Shown here one piece after another: positions 19,429-30,579 of a DNA stretch of 64,000 nucleotides. Location: assembly GCA_965218095.1 (NCBI GenBank), contig OZ244587.1, forward strand, positions 1,664,001 to 1,728,000, in the 5' to 3' direction. Below the pieces are notes generated by a model. That model was given only the letters and a program-made list of their open reading frames with translations, did not search any database and was not told the DNA's origin. This DNA is from Candidatus Poribacteria bacterium. GTDB lineage: Bacteria > Poribacteria > WGA-4E > PCPOR2b. Made by a program: the position numbers and the translations under genes. Numbering within the stretch: position 1 is the first letter of the stretch; every line of letters begins with the position of its first letter.

Positions 19429-21379
19429 ATGAATTTCCGACAGAAAATCACACTACATCTTTTGCTCTATATCGCTCTGTGCAGCGCTGCATTCGCGCAA
19501 GTCGTCGACATCCCCGCCCCCAACCTCCAAGTTGCAATCCGTCAAGAACTCCAACTACTCCCCGGCAGTAGGATTACAAAAGAAGACATGCTGTGGCTAG
19601 AAAGGCTAAACGCAGCCCGCCACGATATAATTGACCTTATGGGCTTAGAACACGCAACTAATCTGGCAAGTTTGTCCTTATGGGGAAATCAACTCGCCGA
19701 ACTAACACCGATAGCCAACCTCCGAAGATTGACATACCTTGATACGGCTGCCTGCTCCATTTCAGATATAAGCGTGGTATCAAACCTCGTTAGTTTAACC
19801 ACTCTAAACGTTAGGTTTAACCAGATTGTCGATATTAGCCCGCTCGCCAACCTGACAGACCTAGTTTCGCTGTGTTACGCCACTAGCAAATCTCACACAA
19901 CTCACCGAATTGTACCTGAGCGATAATCGCATTGCAGATATTAGCCCGCCTGCAAGTTTAACAAAATTGGATTCGCTAGACATTCGACGTAACCCCGTTA
20001 CTGACTACACCCCGCTTGATGGACTCGCTTTAACCCATTTTTTATACGACGAATTTTGCGAACACCTGCCGCTTCCCGTACGCGACAGGATTCATAATAG
20101 AAACTACCCGTCCATATTCGCGAGATGGAGTGGATTAGGTTGGGTTCCTATTAGCAATCGTCCCGAACTATCAGATATGGAAAATGTAGCACGTCATGAT
20201 TTATGGTTCAGCGTCAACATGTTTGGATTAACCTTCTTCGAAACGCCTGACGGATTTAAGATGTCGGGCGAGATTGACAAGGCGATACGCCGGCGAGATG
20301 AATTTCTTGCCCTCAATCCCAATATGGTTTTTCTTGTTACGATTGCTATGAGAACGTACTCACTCAATGCTTTTCCGGAAGACTGGCCATATTGGATAAG
20401 GGACGCACAGGGGAACATCCAGCGCGAAGGATTAGTTGATTTTACGCACCCGGACATCCAGGATAGAATTGTTCAACAGGCTATAACGGTATCAAGGTGT
20501 GGCTTATATGACGGTATTATCTTCGATTGGTGGAACGAGCATGGTGCCGTTCTTGCCGATTTTGATGGGAATTGGGAAGATAAATATCGCGGAAATGAAG
20601 CCGAACAACGCGCTCGAGACAACATCGTACGCGGCATCCGGGCTGCAACTCGACCCGACTTTTTGATAATGGGCAACACCAATCGAACCAAAATCCCACG
20701 TACAGGGCCTTACATCAACGGCGGCTTTATGGAAACCGTCGTACCTCATGATAGAATTGGCGCAGTCCTCGAACAACACCTGAACGAGGTTGAAGACTCG
20801 CTGCTTTGGCTAGATCAAAATCTACGAGAACCACAAATAAACGGACTGGAAGGTTTGAGTGTTCTCACTGAGCCACCAGATAGCTAAACCAATCTTCGGT
20901 GGATGCGAGCTATCACAACCTTGAGCCTCACGTATTCCGATGGCTATGTTCTTTTCACCGAAAGCATAAAATACACCCACTATTGGTACGACTTTTGGGA
21001 CGCCGACCTCGGTCGCCCTGTCGGTCCAAAAGCCCAATTGTACGACAACTGCCCCGGTCTCTATATTCGCGAATTCACGAACGGGTGGGCGGTGTACAAC
21101 CACAGCGGCAAGCCGCAGATAATAACCTTGCCAGAAAAAGTGCAAGCTGTAGCAAGCGGTTTGGTGAACACCGAGCACGCCCTCCCTAACCTCGACGGCG
21201 AGATGTACTTTCGCATTAAGCCGAAGAATCGCGCGGATGTCAATGGCGATGGAGTGGTGAATATCCTAGACTTGACGCTGGTTGCCCAAGGCTTCGGCAC
21301 AGATAAATCTGGTGTGGACGTGAATGGGGATGGGGTCGTCAATGTGTTTGACCTTGTGTTCATAGCGAACCAATTTTGA
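19429..21379 (+). pseudogene. Secreted LRR + putative glycoside-hydrolase-like TIM barrel + dockerin protein, disrupted
   Basis: Signal peptide, LRRs, VDFTHP...YDGIIFDWW, YIREFTNGWAVYN, two DVNGDGVVN motifs; frameshift near 19880-19910 and in-frame TAA at 20885. Confidence 0.8.
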
Positions 21380-21455
21380 TAAAGACAGTGATTGGTGGAG
21401 AGTTAAAAGCGGAATCTTTTGTTTTTGCTCGCTTGTGGATTTATGACCAAACACC

Positions 21456-21591
21456 TGTCGCCCCGCTGGGGCTTATGTTTGTTGAGGGAGGGAACGACGA
21501 TAAGAGAGGAAATCGGGGATTTGACGATCCCCGATCCTACGAAGAAAGAATTGTTGTCGCCGGCTATACACGTGTCGCCCCGCTGGGGCTT
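21456..21591. repeat. Two copies of REP-like TGTCGCCCCGCTGGGGCTT
   Basis: Copies at 21456 and 21573; related copy near 47702. Confidence 0.7.
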
Positions 21592-21605
21592 TTTAAGGAG
21601 TTTTG

Positions 21606-22073
21606 ATGATAGATTATCTGACACATCCGAAGTTTTTGAATTGTGATCCATCTATCCTGCCGTCTAGCCAAGGTGGTGGCGGCGGGATGGGGGTGAAAAC
21701 ACATCGCGTCCTCGAGGCATTGTCGGACGTTTATCCGCGAACGCGGAGGATATGCGATTTGAGTGAGATTACGGCGGATACGGTACTGATAGAGCCGCTG
21801 CGTTTCACCCTGCCAACGGAAGGCTATGGCGACAGAGAATATGAAAGTGTTGAAAGATTGATTCATGGACTACGGAATCACAAGGGGCGTAAAATTCTGT
21901 ATTGTAGCGAATTGACACTGATGCGTATGCCCCCATTCCTGCACGGGCAAGTGCTGGGCTTGTGTAACCTAATCACAACGAATTGTAAATTCCAGGCGAA
22001 TATGTTCAAGTACGTGAACGTGTATACCAATCGATGTAGATATTCAGCGCCGTATTTTTCTTGCGCCGATTGA
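21606..22073 (+). CDS. Hypothetical protein, possibly truncated glycosyltransferase
   Basis: AAGGAG RBS; N-terminus paralogous to fragment at 19249. Confidence 0.55.
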   Translation: MIDYLTHPKFLNCDPSILPSSQGGGGGMGVKTHRVLEALSDVYPRTRRICDLSEITADTVLIEPLRFTLPTEGYGDREYESVERLIHGLRNHKGRKILYCSELTLMRMPPFLHGQVLGLCNLITTNCKFQANMFKYVNVYTNRCRYSAPYFSCAD

Positions 22074-22205
22074 GGGAAAACTGGCGGAAGAGATTCGGGC
22101 AATTGCGAAGAAACAAGAACTGGTTTTGGAAACGCCCGTCAATCTCTGGCTGCAAGAAAAGCTGATGGAAGCACATCAGAATTGATGAGAATCAGGAGAA
22201 CAACA

Positions 22206-23255
22206 ATGGTCAGAATCGGAATTATCGGCATCGGTTTTATGGGGATGATTCACTACTACGGAACGAAGAAAATCTCTGGCGGCGAAGTTGTCGCTATCTG
22301 CACGCGCGATCAGAAAAAGCTGGCTGGCGATTGGACGAACATTCAAGGGAATTTCGGTCCGCGCGGTGGTATCGAAGATCTCTCCCACCTCCGGAAGTAC
22401 AATCGGATCGAAGATCTTCTCGCGGATAACGACATCGACATGGTGGACATCTGCTTGCCGACGCATCTGCATAAAGAGGCTAGCATCGCCGCGCTCAAAG
22501 CCGGAAAGCACGTCCTTGTCGAAAAACCGATTGAGATTCGGCCCGACGGTGCAAACGAGATAGTACAGGTCGGTGCGGAAAGCGGCCGCCAGTTTATGGT
22601 GGCACATGTACTGCCGTTTTTCGCGGAATTCGCTTATGCGAAACAGGCGGTCGAAGGTGGGGAATACGGGAATCTGCTCGGTGGGCATTTCAAGCGAGTT
22701 ATCTCTCAGCCGACATGGCCTCAAGATTTCACCGACCTGGAAAAAAGCGGCGGGCCGGGGATCGATCTGCACATCCATGACACCCATTTCATCCGATTGC
22801 TTTGTGGCGTCCCTGATGCCGTATTTTCCCAAGGGAAACTCGCTAGCGGTGATTTTGTAGAGTACCTCACGACGCAGTATATCTACAAGGACAAAAATCT
22901 CTCAATCAGTTGCTCATCGGGAGCGGTGTCTCAACAGGGGCGAGCGTTTTCGCACGGCTTCGAGCTCTATCTAGAGAAAGCAACGCTGCTGTATGAGTTC
23001 GCAACGCTTGGCGGTGAACCGGTCACCTCAACCCCGTTGGCTCTGTTGACTGACAATGGAGAGGTTCACAAAGTTGAGCTCGGTGAGGTAGACTCCATTG
23101 ACGCCTTTACCGGCGAGATCCAGTATGCCGTTGATGCCATCAATCAGGGGAGCGAACCAACTGCACTCTCAGGAACGGGTGCAAGGGATGCGCTTCTGCT
23201 TTGCTATAAAGAGGCTGAGTCGGTCAAAACAGGCGAAATCGTGTCGATCTCTTGA
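22206..23255 (+). CDS. Gfo/Idh/MocA oxidoreductase
   Basis: GIIGIGFMG, GKHVLVEKP, DLHIHD. Confidence 0.92.
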   Translation: MVRIGIIGIGFMGMIHYYGTKKISGGEVVAICTRDQKKLAGDWTNIQGNFGPRGGIEDLSHLRKYNRIEDLLADNDIDMVDICLPTHLHKEASIAALKAGKHVLVEKPIEIRPDGANEIVQVGAESGRQFMVAHVLPFFAEFAYAKQAVEGGEYGNLLGGHFKRVISQPTWPQDFTDLEKSGGPGIDLHIHDTHFIRLLCGVPDAVFSQGKLASGDFVEYLTTQYIYKDKNLSISCSSGAVSQQGRAFSHGFELYLEKATLLYEFATLGGEPVTSTPLALLTDNGEVHKVELGEVDSIDAFTGEIQYAVDAINQGSEPTALSGTGARDALLLCYKEAESVKTGEIVSIS

Positions 23256-23322
23256 TGATACAGAGGACAAGGAAACGAAATAGATCACAGATTGGCGGGT
23301 GGGCGAAAATGTGTAAACGGGG

Positions 23323-23733
23323 TCATTTACTCCATGTACTTTTCACCCACTCTCTAAAAAGGTGCCTCACTTCTTTCGGCGTCGCCAGCGATAGCCAAAA
23401 AGGCCGATAATTGCTGCCCCAGCAGATCTCGTTCTCTCCAATCTCCAAGCGGCGAAGCCCTCGAAATGTATTGAAGCAGTGGAGCCCAAGAACTAGCATA
23501 ACGAAAAATGTTGACAAGTGAGTCGAATTCCAATGGCCATATTTAACGATCAATATTCCGTAGGCACTGAGCGCGATGCCAAAAAAGGCGGCCCCGACAA
23601 CTGCTGCCTTTCGCCGTTTCGGTTTAATCAGATGAAACAGCACGGCGCCCATCTGTCTTTTGTTCCAAAAGCTCAAGCAAATAGAGGGACCGATGCTAGC
23701 CAAAACCAGGATTGTTAGGATTCCTGCCGACAT
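23323..23733 (-). CDS. Hypothetical membrane protein
   Basis: Three hydrophobic segments. Confidence 0.5.
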   Translation of the reverse strand: MSAGILTILVLASIGPSICLSFWNKRQMGAVLFHLIKPKRRKAAVVGAAFFGIALSAYGILIVKYGHWNSTHLSTFFVMLVLGLHCFNTFRGLRRLEIGENEICWGSNYRPFWLSLATPKEVRHLFREWVKSTWSK

Positions 23734-23766
23734 AAGGATGAATCTCCTCCAACTTTTGGGGAGCTA

Positions 23767-24249
23767 TCACAATTCCCGAATCTCAACCTCCAGTGAATCC
23801 AGATCCACAATGGCAACCGTGGACCTGCCGGTTGTCCAACCGCCTGTTTCGCCAGGATTGACGATGACCGATTTCTCCTTGCGAACATCAATCTCATGCG
23901 TATGCCCGTAGATCACGATGTCGTACTCGCCGCTTTTGGCGATGGGCTCGGCAAGTTCGGGGTAGTGCATCGCGGCGATCTTGCGTCCACCAACCTCCAC
24001 GCTTGCAAGGTTGGGATGAATCTCTCCAACTTCCTCAAATCGCTTGGCGACCATGATGCGCTCCCCGTCGTTGTTGCCGAAGACACCCACAACCCGACAC
24101 TTCAAGTCACCCATCGCCGCCACCGCAAATGGCGCAATGAAATCGCCGGCATGTATGACCAATTCAACCCCTTCGCCGTTGAACAACTCAACGGCTTTCT
24201 TGATCATTGGAACGTTGTCGTGACTGTCCGAAAAAACGCCAATTTTCAT
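23767..24249 (-). CDS. YfcE/MJ0936-family metallophosphoesterase
   Basis: SDSH, HAGD, GNND, GHTH, NPG. Confidence 0.92.
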   Translation of the reverse strand: MKIGVFSDSHDNVPMIKKAVELFNGEGVELVIHAGDFIAPFAVAAMGDLKCRVVGVFGNNDGERIMVAKRFEEVGEIHPNLASVEVGGRKIAAMHYPELAEPIAKSGEYDIVIYGHTHEIDVRKEKSVIVNPGETGGWTTGRSTVAIVDLDSLEVEIREL

Positions 24250-24261
24250 GTCAACCTCCTA

Positions 24262-25081
24262 GGTTCTGTTGACATTTCAAGGGAGCCATATAAGAGTGGA
24301 GACAAAGCTGAGAAATCCAAAATAACGGATAGCTAACTTCTCGAACCGAGAGAAGATGCGGCGATACCATTTTATCTTGTTAATGAAACATTCAACCCGA
24401 TGTCTCTCTTTGTACAGATGTTTGTCGTAATCTCTTTGATCCACACGATGACTTTTGGGCGGTATCACCGCAATCGCTCCATTCGCCTCAATAACCGCGA
24501 TAAAATTGTCAGAGTCATATCCCTTGTCTCCAATCACATACTCGCTTTTATATCCAAGTATCAACGCTTCTGCTTCTGCTATGTCGTTTCTTTGACCGGG
24601 CGTCAGATGTATTCTTAGTGGATTACCCAGGCCGTCAACGATGATGTGAATTTTTGTACTGAATCCCCCGCGAGAGCGACCTAACGCTTGGTTTTCAGTG
24701 CCACCCTTTTTTTTAAGGCACCCGCCACACACGGGTGCGCTCGAATGATTGTACTGTCCACAATAAGCGACTCGATATCGGGGTCGGCGGCGAAGTGGGG
24801 GTGCATCTGTGTGAAGATACCTTTGTCGCACCATCGAGCAAACCGCTTGTAGCGGGTGTTCCATTTGCCATAGGTGTCTGGTAGAAGTCTCCATTGAGCC
24901 CCGCTACGAGTCACCCACAGGACGGCTTCGACGAAGCGGCGTGTAGCAGCTTCGTCGCCAACATAGATGGTGAGACAGCTAAGAAGAAACCGGTATATCT
25001 TATTCCATTGTTCATCAGGTAAGGTTATTGGCGTCATTCTTCTATTATGCCACAACCTTATACTCAAATGTCAACAGAACC
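24262..25081 (-). mobile_element. IS5-family element (two-ORF, IS427-like)
   Basis: Perfect TIR GGTTCTGTTGACATTT / AAATGTCAACAGAACC, each end in CTAG context (TA duplication). Confidence 0.92.
24277..25037 (-). CDS. IS5-family transposase, programmed -1 frameshift likely
   Basis: orfA (RSGAQWRLLP, DSTIIRAH) overlaps orfB (LGRSRGGFSTKIH, GDKGYDSD, YKERHRVEC) at A8G slippery run 24706-24714. Confidence 0.88.
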
Positions 25082-25196
25082 TAGTTTGAAATCCAAGATC
25101 TAGTTATAGCAACAATCTATTCTTTGCGAGGTCGAATGTGTAAATTCTACACTCCTTGTGGAGACTACTACATCCTCACCAACTAGCACCAAAGGT

Positions 25197-25543
25197 TAAT
25201 AGACCCTGGCTTTATCTCGGCATTTGCCGCCCAGGAGCTAATAGCATGGCACGCCCAGATATTTGCCTAGAATATCCCACAGGGCGATGTCAATGGCACT
25301 GAGCGCCCCCATAATTGCCGCCCCCCGAGAAAATGACTCACCGGTACAGATATTGCAGTGATGTTCAATCCGAAGGGGATTCTGCCCAATCAGGTGGCGT
25401 TTGAAGGTGTCGACTGCTTTTTCAGATGCCTCCAAGTATCCCCAGGCCCCCGATTCTCCTAAACCGGTAATTCCTTCGTCAGTGATCGCCTGCACAAAAA
25501 GGTAACTGTCAACCGGAATTGTTTTTATCTCGACAATCTTCAT
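25197..25543 (-). pseudogene. Mandelate racemase/galactonate dehydratase N-terminal remnant
   Basis: TDEGITGLGE, SAIDIALWDILGK, then in-frame stop before LLGGKCRDKARVY. Confidence 0.8.
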
Positions 25544-26019
25544 AACGTTCCTCCAAACCTTCGTGACCCGGCTTGAATTGGTCTTGCTCTTTGGGTGTAA
25601 CGCTGAATGAGTATAGCACGAGATAGTAAACTGTGCAAGCACAATTTCTGGCGGCGTGAAGTATAAACTTAGTAAGCTGCAATTTTTTGATGAAGTTTTT
25701 CGCGGTATTGGAGTTATATTAAATTTGTCAATAATGAAGTTCAGAGGCACAGAAGCCGATGGGATTACATTTTCCCTGGATTTCTATGTTCAATTTGTCA
25801 AATTATCCCAAAACAAGAAAGGAGACCATTAACATGATGGTTAACCATAGACGACAAACACGCACACCAGTGTTGAACACTCTTACAGAGCAAGTAAGTG
25901 AATCAATATCTGGAAACCTCCTCACATCCCCCGTGCACCACATTGCAGTTGCACACACAGGCGTCGGATTTGAGGAATGGACGGAAACGCCACAAAATCC
26001 ATCCCGTTGCACAACTCCG

Positions 26020-26085
26020 TTCCGAGAGTCCGCAGACCGGACTCCGAAGGATCAGAGCCCTGATCTTGCGAGGGGCTTTTGTTTG
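26020..26085 (+). promoter_or_regulatory. Candidate leader hairpin and intrinsic terminator upstream of the ECF sigma gene
   Basis: GAGTCCG/CGGACTC stem followed by AGCCC...GGGCT-TTTGTTT. Confidence 0.35.
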
Positions 26086-26353
26086 GCCCAACTTTCAGTC
26101 ATTCAGAGAAACACAGGTTTCGGTTTTAGGGAGACATACAAGCGCTCCTCATTGATTTGCGAAACAACTTTTTCATCGCCAAAGGAGGCAGGAAATGGGA
26201 GGTACTTTAGCGTCCGATTTTGGACAAGAGCACGATTACGAGAAAGGCATAGGCCACGAGAAGATTCCGGCTAAATTGGCAGGCGTCCCCAGGGGGAAGG
26301 GCCCTGGTTGGATTGCCTGCCTTTCGACGACGGCACAGCCGAAGGAGGTGAGC

Positions 26354-26947
26354 ATGAGACGATCCGATGAAGACCTTATGTTTTCCGTTAAAGATGGAGA
26401 TAGCGCGGCATTTGAAACTTTAACTAAGCGTCACTATGTAAATACCTTGAACTTTATTTATCGTTTCGTGAACAATCGCATGCTTGCGGAGGATTTGTGC
26501 CAGGAAACGTTCCTGCGCCTTTGGCGTAGCACACCGACCTATCAGCCGCTTGCGAAATTTACCACTTTCCTTTACCATATCGCAAAGAATGTATGTTTGA
26601 AGCAGCTTGCGAAAGACCAGCGTATTCCCAAGTTGTCATCGCTCGACGAACCACTTTTTAACGAGTGTAACAGTGACTACAATCTCTCAGAGGAGATTGA
26701 GGATAACCGGTACTTGCCGGAGGAAACGACGATTGCCAAAGAGGCGGATGAAGCCATCCGTTCGGCGATCGGTGACCTCTCGGAAGAGCATCGGTTGGTT
26801 TTCGTTTTGACAGAGTTACAAGGATTGTCGTATCAGGAGGTCGCTGAGATTGCTCGGTGTCCTATTGGTACGGTCGCTTCTCGGAAGAATGCAGCGGTCA
26901 GGCAACTTCAGAGAAGTTTGACACGATACATCAAGAGCATAGATTAA
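26354..26947 (+). CDS. ECF RNA polymerase sigma factor
   Basis: AAGGAGG RBS; AEDLCQETFLRLW, FTTFLYHIAKN, GLSYQEVAEIARCPIGTVASR. Confidence 0.93.
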   Translation: MRRSDEDLMFSVKDGDSAAFETLTKRHYVNTLNFIYRFVNNRMLAEDLCQETFLRLWRSTPTYQPLAKFTTFLYHIAKNVCLKQLAKDQRIPKLSSLDEPLFNECNSDYNLSEEIEDNRYLPEETTIAKEADEAIRSAIGDLSEEHRLVFVLTELQGLSYQEVAEIARCPIGTVASRKNAAVRQLQRSLTRYIKSID

Positions 26948-27001
26948 TCAGCTTTCTGCTTCAATCTGTAGTGGTCAGGAAGATGGTAGACATCATTCCT
27001 T

Positions 27002-27061
27002 GTAGGGTGGGCACCGCCCACCAAAAGCACCGAAGCACGCGGTGGGCAGTGCCCACCCTAC
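27002..27061. repeat. GTAG-type REP doublet
   Basis: GTAGGGTGGGCACCGCCCACC...GGTGGGCAGTGCCCACCCTAC. Confidence 0.85.
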
Positions 27062-27331
27062 GATTTGTCGCTTAGATTTGGTGAACAAAAGTGTCTATCA
27101 TCCTATTGATCATTACACTTTCCGCTTCAATCGCAGATTTTGGATTGAAATCACAGTTTTGGGTTTCGGGTAATTGTGCCGTTGGCGGGATGTTATCTCT
27201 CGCCAGGAACATCAGTGAAGCGCCTGCCGCCGCACCCGAAACCCTTTTTTTGCGCGAACTAGTAGCGCATAGCCTGCCCTCGATGCAATCGAGGTCTACC
27301 GGCTTGCGCACTCAAAGTCAAGTTACGCACG

Positions 27332-27685
27332 ATGAAAATACCAATCAAACAATATCAAGAACTCCTTGCTGATTATCTCAAGCCACAATGGCCCAGAGTC
27401 ATTTTGCTATCCCTGCTATTGCTTGGCGGTATCGGTGCCCAAACCTTCAATCCACAGATGATGCGGTATTTTATCGACGCGGCGGTGACGGGAAGTCCGC
27501 TTGGAAAGCTGGTCATAGCGGCGTTCATTTTTATGGGCGTGGCGATCCTCCACCAAATCTTCGCTGTCTCTGCGAGGTATGTGAGCGAGAAGGTTGGCTG
27601 GATAAGGTATTTGCGTGAGTTCATGGCGTTTTTTGGCTTCAAGATAATTGCGTGCGCTTCCGTATTTTTTGCAAATTTTGCGTAA
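27332..27685 (+). pseudogene. N-terminal fragment of an ABC exporter transmembrane subunit
   Basis: YLKPQW, NPQMMRYFIDAA; ends after about two TM helices. Confidence 0.65.
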
Positions 27686-27840
27686 TCTGAGCGTTGTTGG
27701 ATCCGGATTCTTCGCCTGTTCAGCCCGCATCCGGTTTCCGTGTTCGATCCACTCGGTCAGGTGTTCAATCCGAACTTTCACAAGTTCGGCTACGCATCAA
27801 GACTAATTTTAAGCGCAGTATTATGCTGTCTACAAGACAA

Positions 27841-28635
27841 ATGCACCCAAACACACTTCACAAGTACTGGAAAACCACAACCATCGCCGCGGCGGGCTAT
27901 GCGGGCAATAACCTGTTGTTCTTGATGGACTATCTGCTGCGCTTTCTGCGGGTAGCGGTGCTGCTCTCCATTTGGCGCGTTATCCTTGAAGGCAAAGACG
28001 AGGTTTCGGGCATGACGCTGGAATCTGTGCTGACCTACACATTGGTCTCGGAGGTTTTCAGGGAACAGCTTGCGCTCCGTGTCAAGTTAGATACCGCACT
28101 CTGGGAGGGTTCCATCGCGACCCGCTTCCTGCGCCCGATTGGCGTCTTCGGGCAATTCATTTCGGAGATGGTTGGTAGGTGGATCTTTGGATTCTGCCTG
28201 TTCTCAGCCCCTCTGTTACTCGTTGCGCCAATATTGGGTGTAAACTCTTTGCCTGCAAGTGCAGAAGCCGCCGGGCTGTTTGTGCTGAGTTTGGCGTTGG
28301 CGATTTCGGTTGGACTGGCGTTGGAGTTCGCTTACGGTGCGCTGATGGTCGCACTGGAACACAATCTCTACACGCTCGACATGGTACGCAACGCCATCGG
28401 TGCCGTGCTTTCAGGGGCGCTGTTGCCGCTCGCGCTGCTGCCATGGCGACTCGGAGAGATCTTCGCGTGGCTGCCTTTCGCTTCAATGGCATCCGCACCG
28501 CTGCAGATCTACGTTGGGACAGGCAATACCTTTCGGCTAATCGTAGTGCAGATAGGTTGGTCGATTCTCCTATGGCCTGCCGCGTATGGGTTGTGGCGGA
28601 AATATCGTGAAAAGCTGGTGTCTCATGGAGGGTAA
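27841..28635 (+). CDS. ABC-2 family (DUF990-like) permease
   Basis: Multiple TMs; EGSIATRFLRP, LSGALLPL, WLPFASMASAP. Confidence 0.85.
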   Translation: MHPNTLHKYWKTTTIAAAGYAGNNLLFLMDYLLRFLRVAVLLSIWRVILEGKDEVSGMTLESVLTYTLVSEVFREQLALRVKLDTALWEGSIATRFLRPIGVFGQFISEMVGRWIFGFCLFSAPLLLVAPILGVNSLPASAEAAGLFVLSLALAISVGLALEFAYGALMVALEHNLYTLDMVRNAIGAVLSGALLPLALLPWRLGEIFAWLPFASMASAPLQIYVGTGNTFRLIVVQIGWSILLWPAAYGLWRKYREKLVSHGG

Positions 28636-28644
28636 CAAAAGTCA

Positions 28645-29520
28645 ATGGGTTCAGGAGTTCATCAGTTCAGGCGTTCATTCACGTTTTACGTTTCACGCAT
28701 CTTCCAACTTTGGCGCGTCCACGCCTACTTGGATCTGATATGGGTGATGCGCGATTTGAGAAATGTGATTATCTACTACCTGTCAGACGTCATCTTAAAT
28801 ATCGCTAGAGTCACGGGAACCTTGTTGCTTGCCGAGCGATTTGAAGGCATTGGATCGTGGACAAAGTTTCAGGTCACCTTCATGCTCGGCTACGGAATAG
28901 CCGTGGGTGGAATCGTGTACACTTTCTTTGGTTACAATGTCGCCACCATCAGTCGGCGTTTGGGGCGCGGGCAGTTAGATCACACGTTGATTCAGCCGCA
29001 GCCCATCTGGATTTGCCTGCTGACGGAGGGATTCAACCCATTTTCGGGGTCGGCGATTCTCTTTTCTGGCTTCGGGTTGATAGTTTGGGCGGGGGTTAAA
29101 CTGTCATTCACCGTATCCCTCGGTTGGTTCGCAATGAGTCTCCTGAATCTTGTAGCATCTTCAGCCATCATGCTATCGTTTTCGTTTTTGTGGGGGAGTT
29201 TGGCATTCTGGGCACCGCGTGGAGCGGAGGAAATCAGCAGTTCAACGAATCGGTTGATGAACCAACTCAGTCCTTTTCCGCTCGATGGACTGGCACCTTC
29301 CCTATTAGGGGGAATGCTCACGGTTTGTCCGGTGGGCTTTGTCGCGTGGTATCCGTGCCGTTATCTTTTGGGGCTAGACGTCCGCGCTTGGAGCGGTTGG
29401 GTAACCCCATTGGCTGCGATTTTTTTTGGCGCAGCTACAGTGTTCTTTTTTCTGAAGGGATTGAAACATTATGGTCAAACCGGATCACAACGATACCTCA
29501 GATTCGGACATCGTAATTGA
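28645..29520 (+). CDS. ABC-2 family (DUF990-like) permease
   Basis: RGQLDHTLIQP, PVGFVAWYP. Confidence 0.85.
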   Translation: MGSGVHQFRRSFTFYVSRIFQLWRVHAYLDLIWVMRDLRNVIIYYLSDVILNIARVTGTLLLAERFEGIGSWTKFQVTFMLGYGIAVGGIVYTFFGYNVATISRRLGRGQLDHTLIQPQPIWICLLTEGFNPFSGSAILFSGFGLIVWAGVKLSFTVSLGWFAMSLLNLVASSAIMLSFSFLWGSLAFWAPRGAEEISSSTNRLMNQLSPFPLDGLAPSLLGGMLTVCPVGFVAWYPCRYLLGLDVRAWSGWVTPLAAIFFGAATVFFFLKGLKHYGQTGSQRYLRFGHRN

Positions 29521-30487
29521 ACTTTCGGGCGTCTGCAAGACGTTCCGACAAAAGCAGCGTTCTGAACGGTTGAGGGATGTCCTTCACAATCTGTTTCGTC
29601 CGCAGATTCGTGAGGTTCATGCGTTGCGCGATGTCAACCTACGCATTCGGCGCGGGGAGATTGTCGCCTATGCGGGCCCCAATGGCGCGGGGAAAAGCTC
29701 GACGGTGAAAATCCTATCGAGTCTGTTGGTCCCTGACGCAGGAACAGCCTGTGTTTTAGGAATGGATCCGGCGCGTGATCGGGTCCGCTATGTCGGCAGG
29801 ATTGGTGTGGTGTTTGGTCAGCGGACGGAGCTTTGGTGGGATCAGCCAATTGCATCGAGTTTCGAGTGGAAGCGTGTGGTGTGGAACATCCCGCGAGATC
29901 GCTACAATCGAATGCTCGATCTTGTGAAGGAGTTGTTGGGATTGGGTGAACTCTTCAACAGCTTAGCCCGCGAACTGAGTTTGGGTCAACGGATGCGTGC
30001 AGATCTCGGGCTAGCGCTGCTGCATGAGCCGGAGATCCTCTTCCTCGACGAACCAACAATTGGTGTGGATGTGCTGGTAAAGCGCAATATCCTTGAATTT
30101 ATCAAAGACCTCAACCGGGAACAAAGCGTCACAGTCATGCTGACGAGTCACGATATGTCGGAGCTTGAACAACTCGCTGGGCGGATTGTCCTGATAGATC
30201 GCGGCCAAATCACGTTTGACGGCGATTTTGATCGGCTTCGGCGTGAATTCGGCGATCGCCGTCGCCTGCTGATTGAAACGGTGGATGCTTTCCCACCGGA
30301 TCTGAAAGGCGCAGCCCTGATCAAGAGCAAAGCGAACCGGCACAATTACATCTTTGACGCATCTCAGGTGAAGATTCCTGTTTTGTTAGAGCAGGCAGCA
30401 GCACAAACGCAGATCTTGGATGTTGAAACGCACCGGGCATCGATTGACGATGTGATTGCGGATATTTATGAAAAGTGGCAGAAGTGA
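29471..30487 (+). CDS. ABC transporter ATP-binding subunit
   Basis: GPNGAGKS, LSLGQ, LFLDEPT, TSH. Confidence 0.95.
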   Translation: MVKPDHNDTSDSDIVIELSGVCKTFRQKQRSERLRDVLHNLFRPQIREVHALRDVNLRIRRGEIVAYAGPNGAGKSSTVKILSSLLVPDAGTACVLGMDPARDRVRYVGRIGVVFGQRTELWWDQPIASSFEWKRVVWNIPRDRYNRMLDLVKELLGLGELFNSLARELSLGQRMRADLGLALLHEPEILFLDEPTIGVDVLVKRNILEFIKDLNREQSVTVMLTSHDMSELEQLAGRIVLIDRGQITFDGDFDRLRREFGDRRRLLIETVDAFPPDLKGAALIKSKANRHNYIFDASQVKIPVLLEQAAAQTQILDVETHRASIDDVIADIYEKWQK

Positions 30488-30579
30488 AAGTCTTTTAATT
30501 TTTAGCGAAGAATTCGGCTGTAACTTGGTTTTACATATCAGCGGAAGCAATGATGGTCCCATGAGATTTGGAGGACAGG

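Noticed and set aside
25759-26353. 171-aa ORF and the long N-terminal extension of the sigma ORF
   Set aside because: No motifs; strong RBS supports a sigma start at 26354; the region looks regulatory
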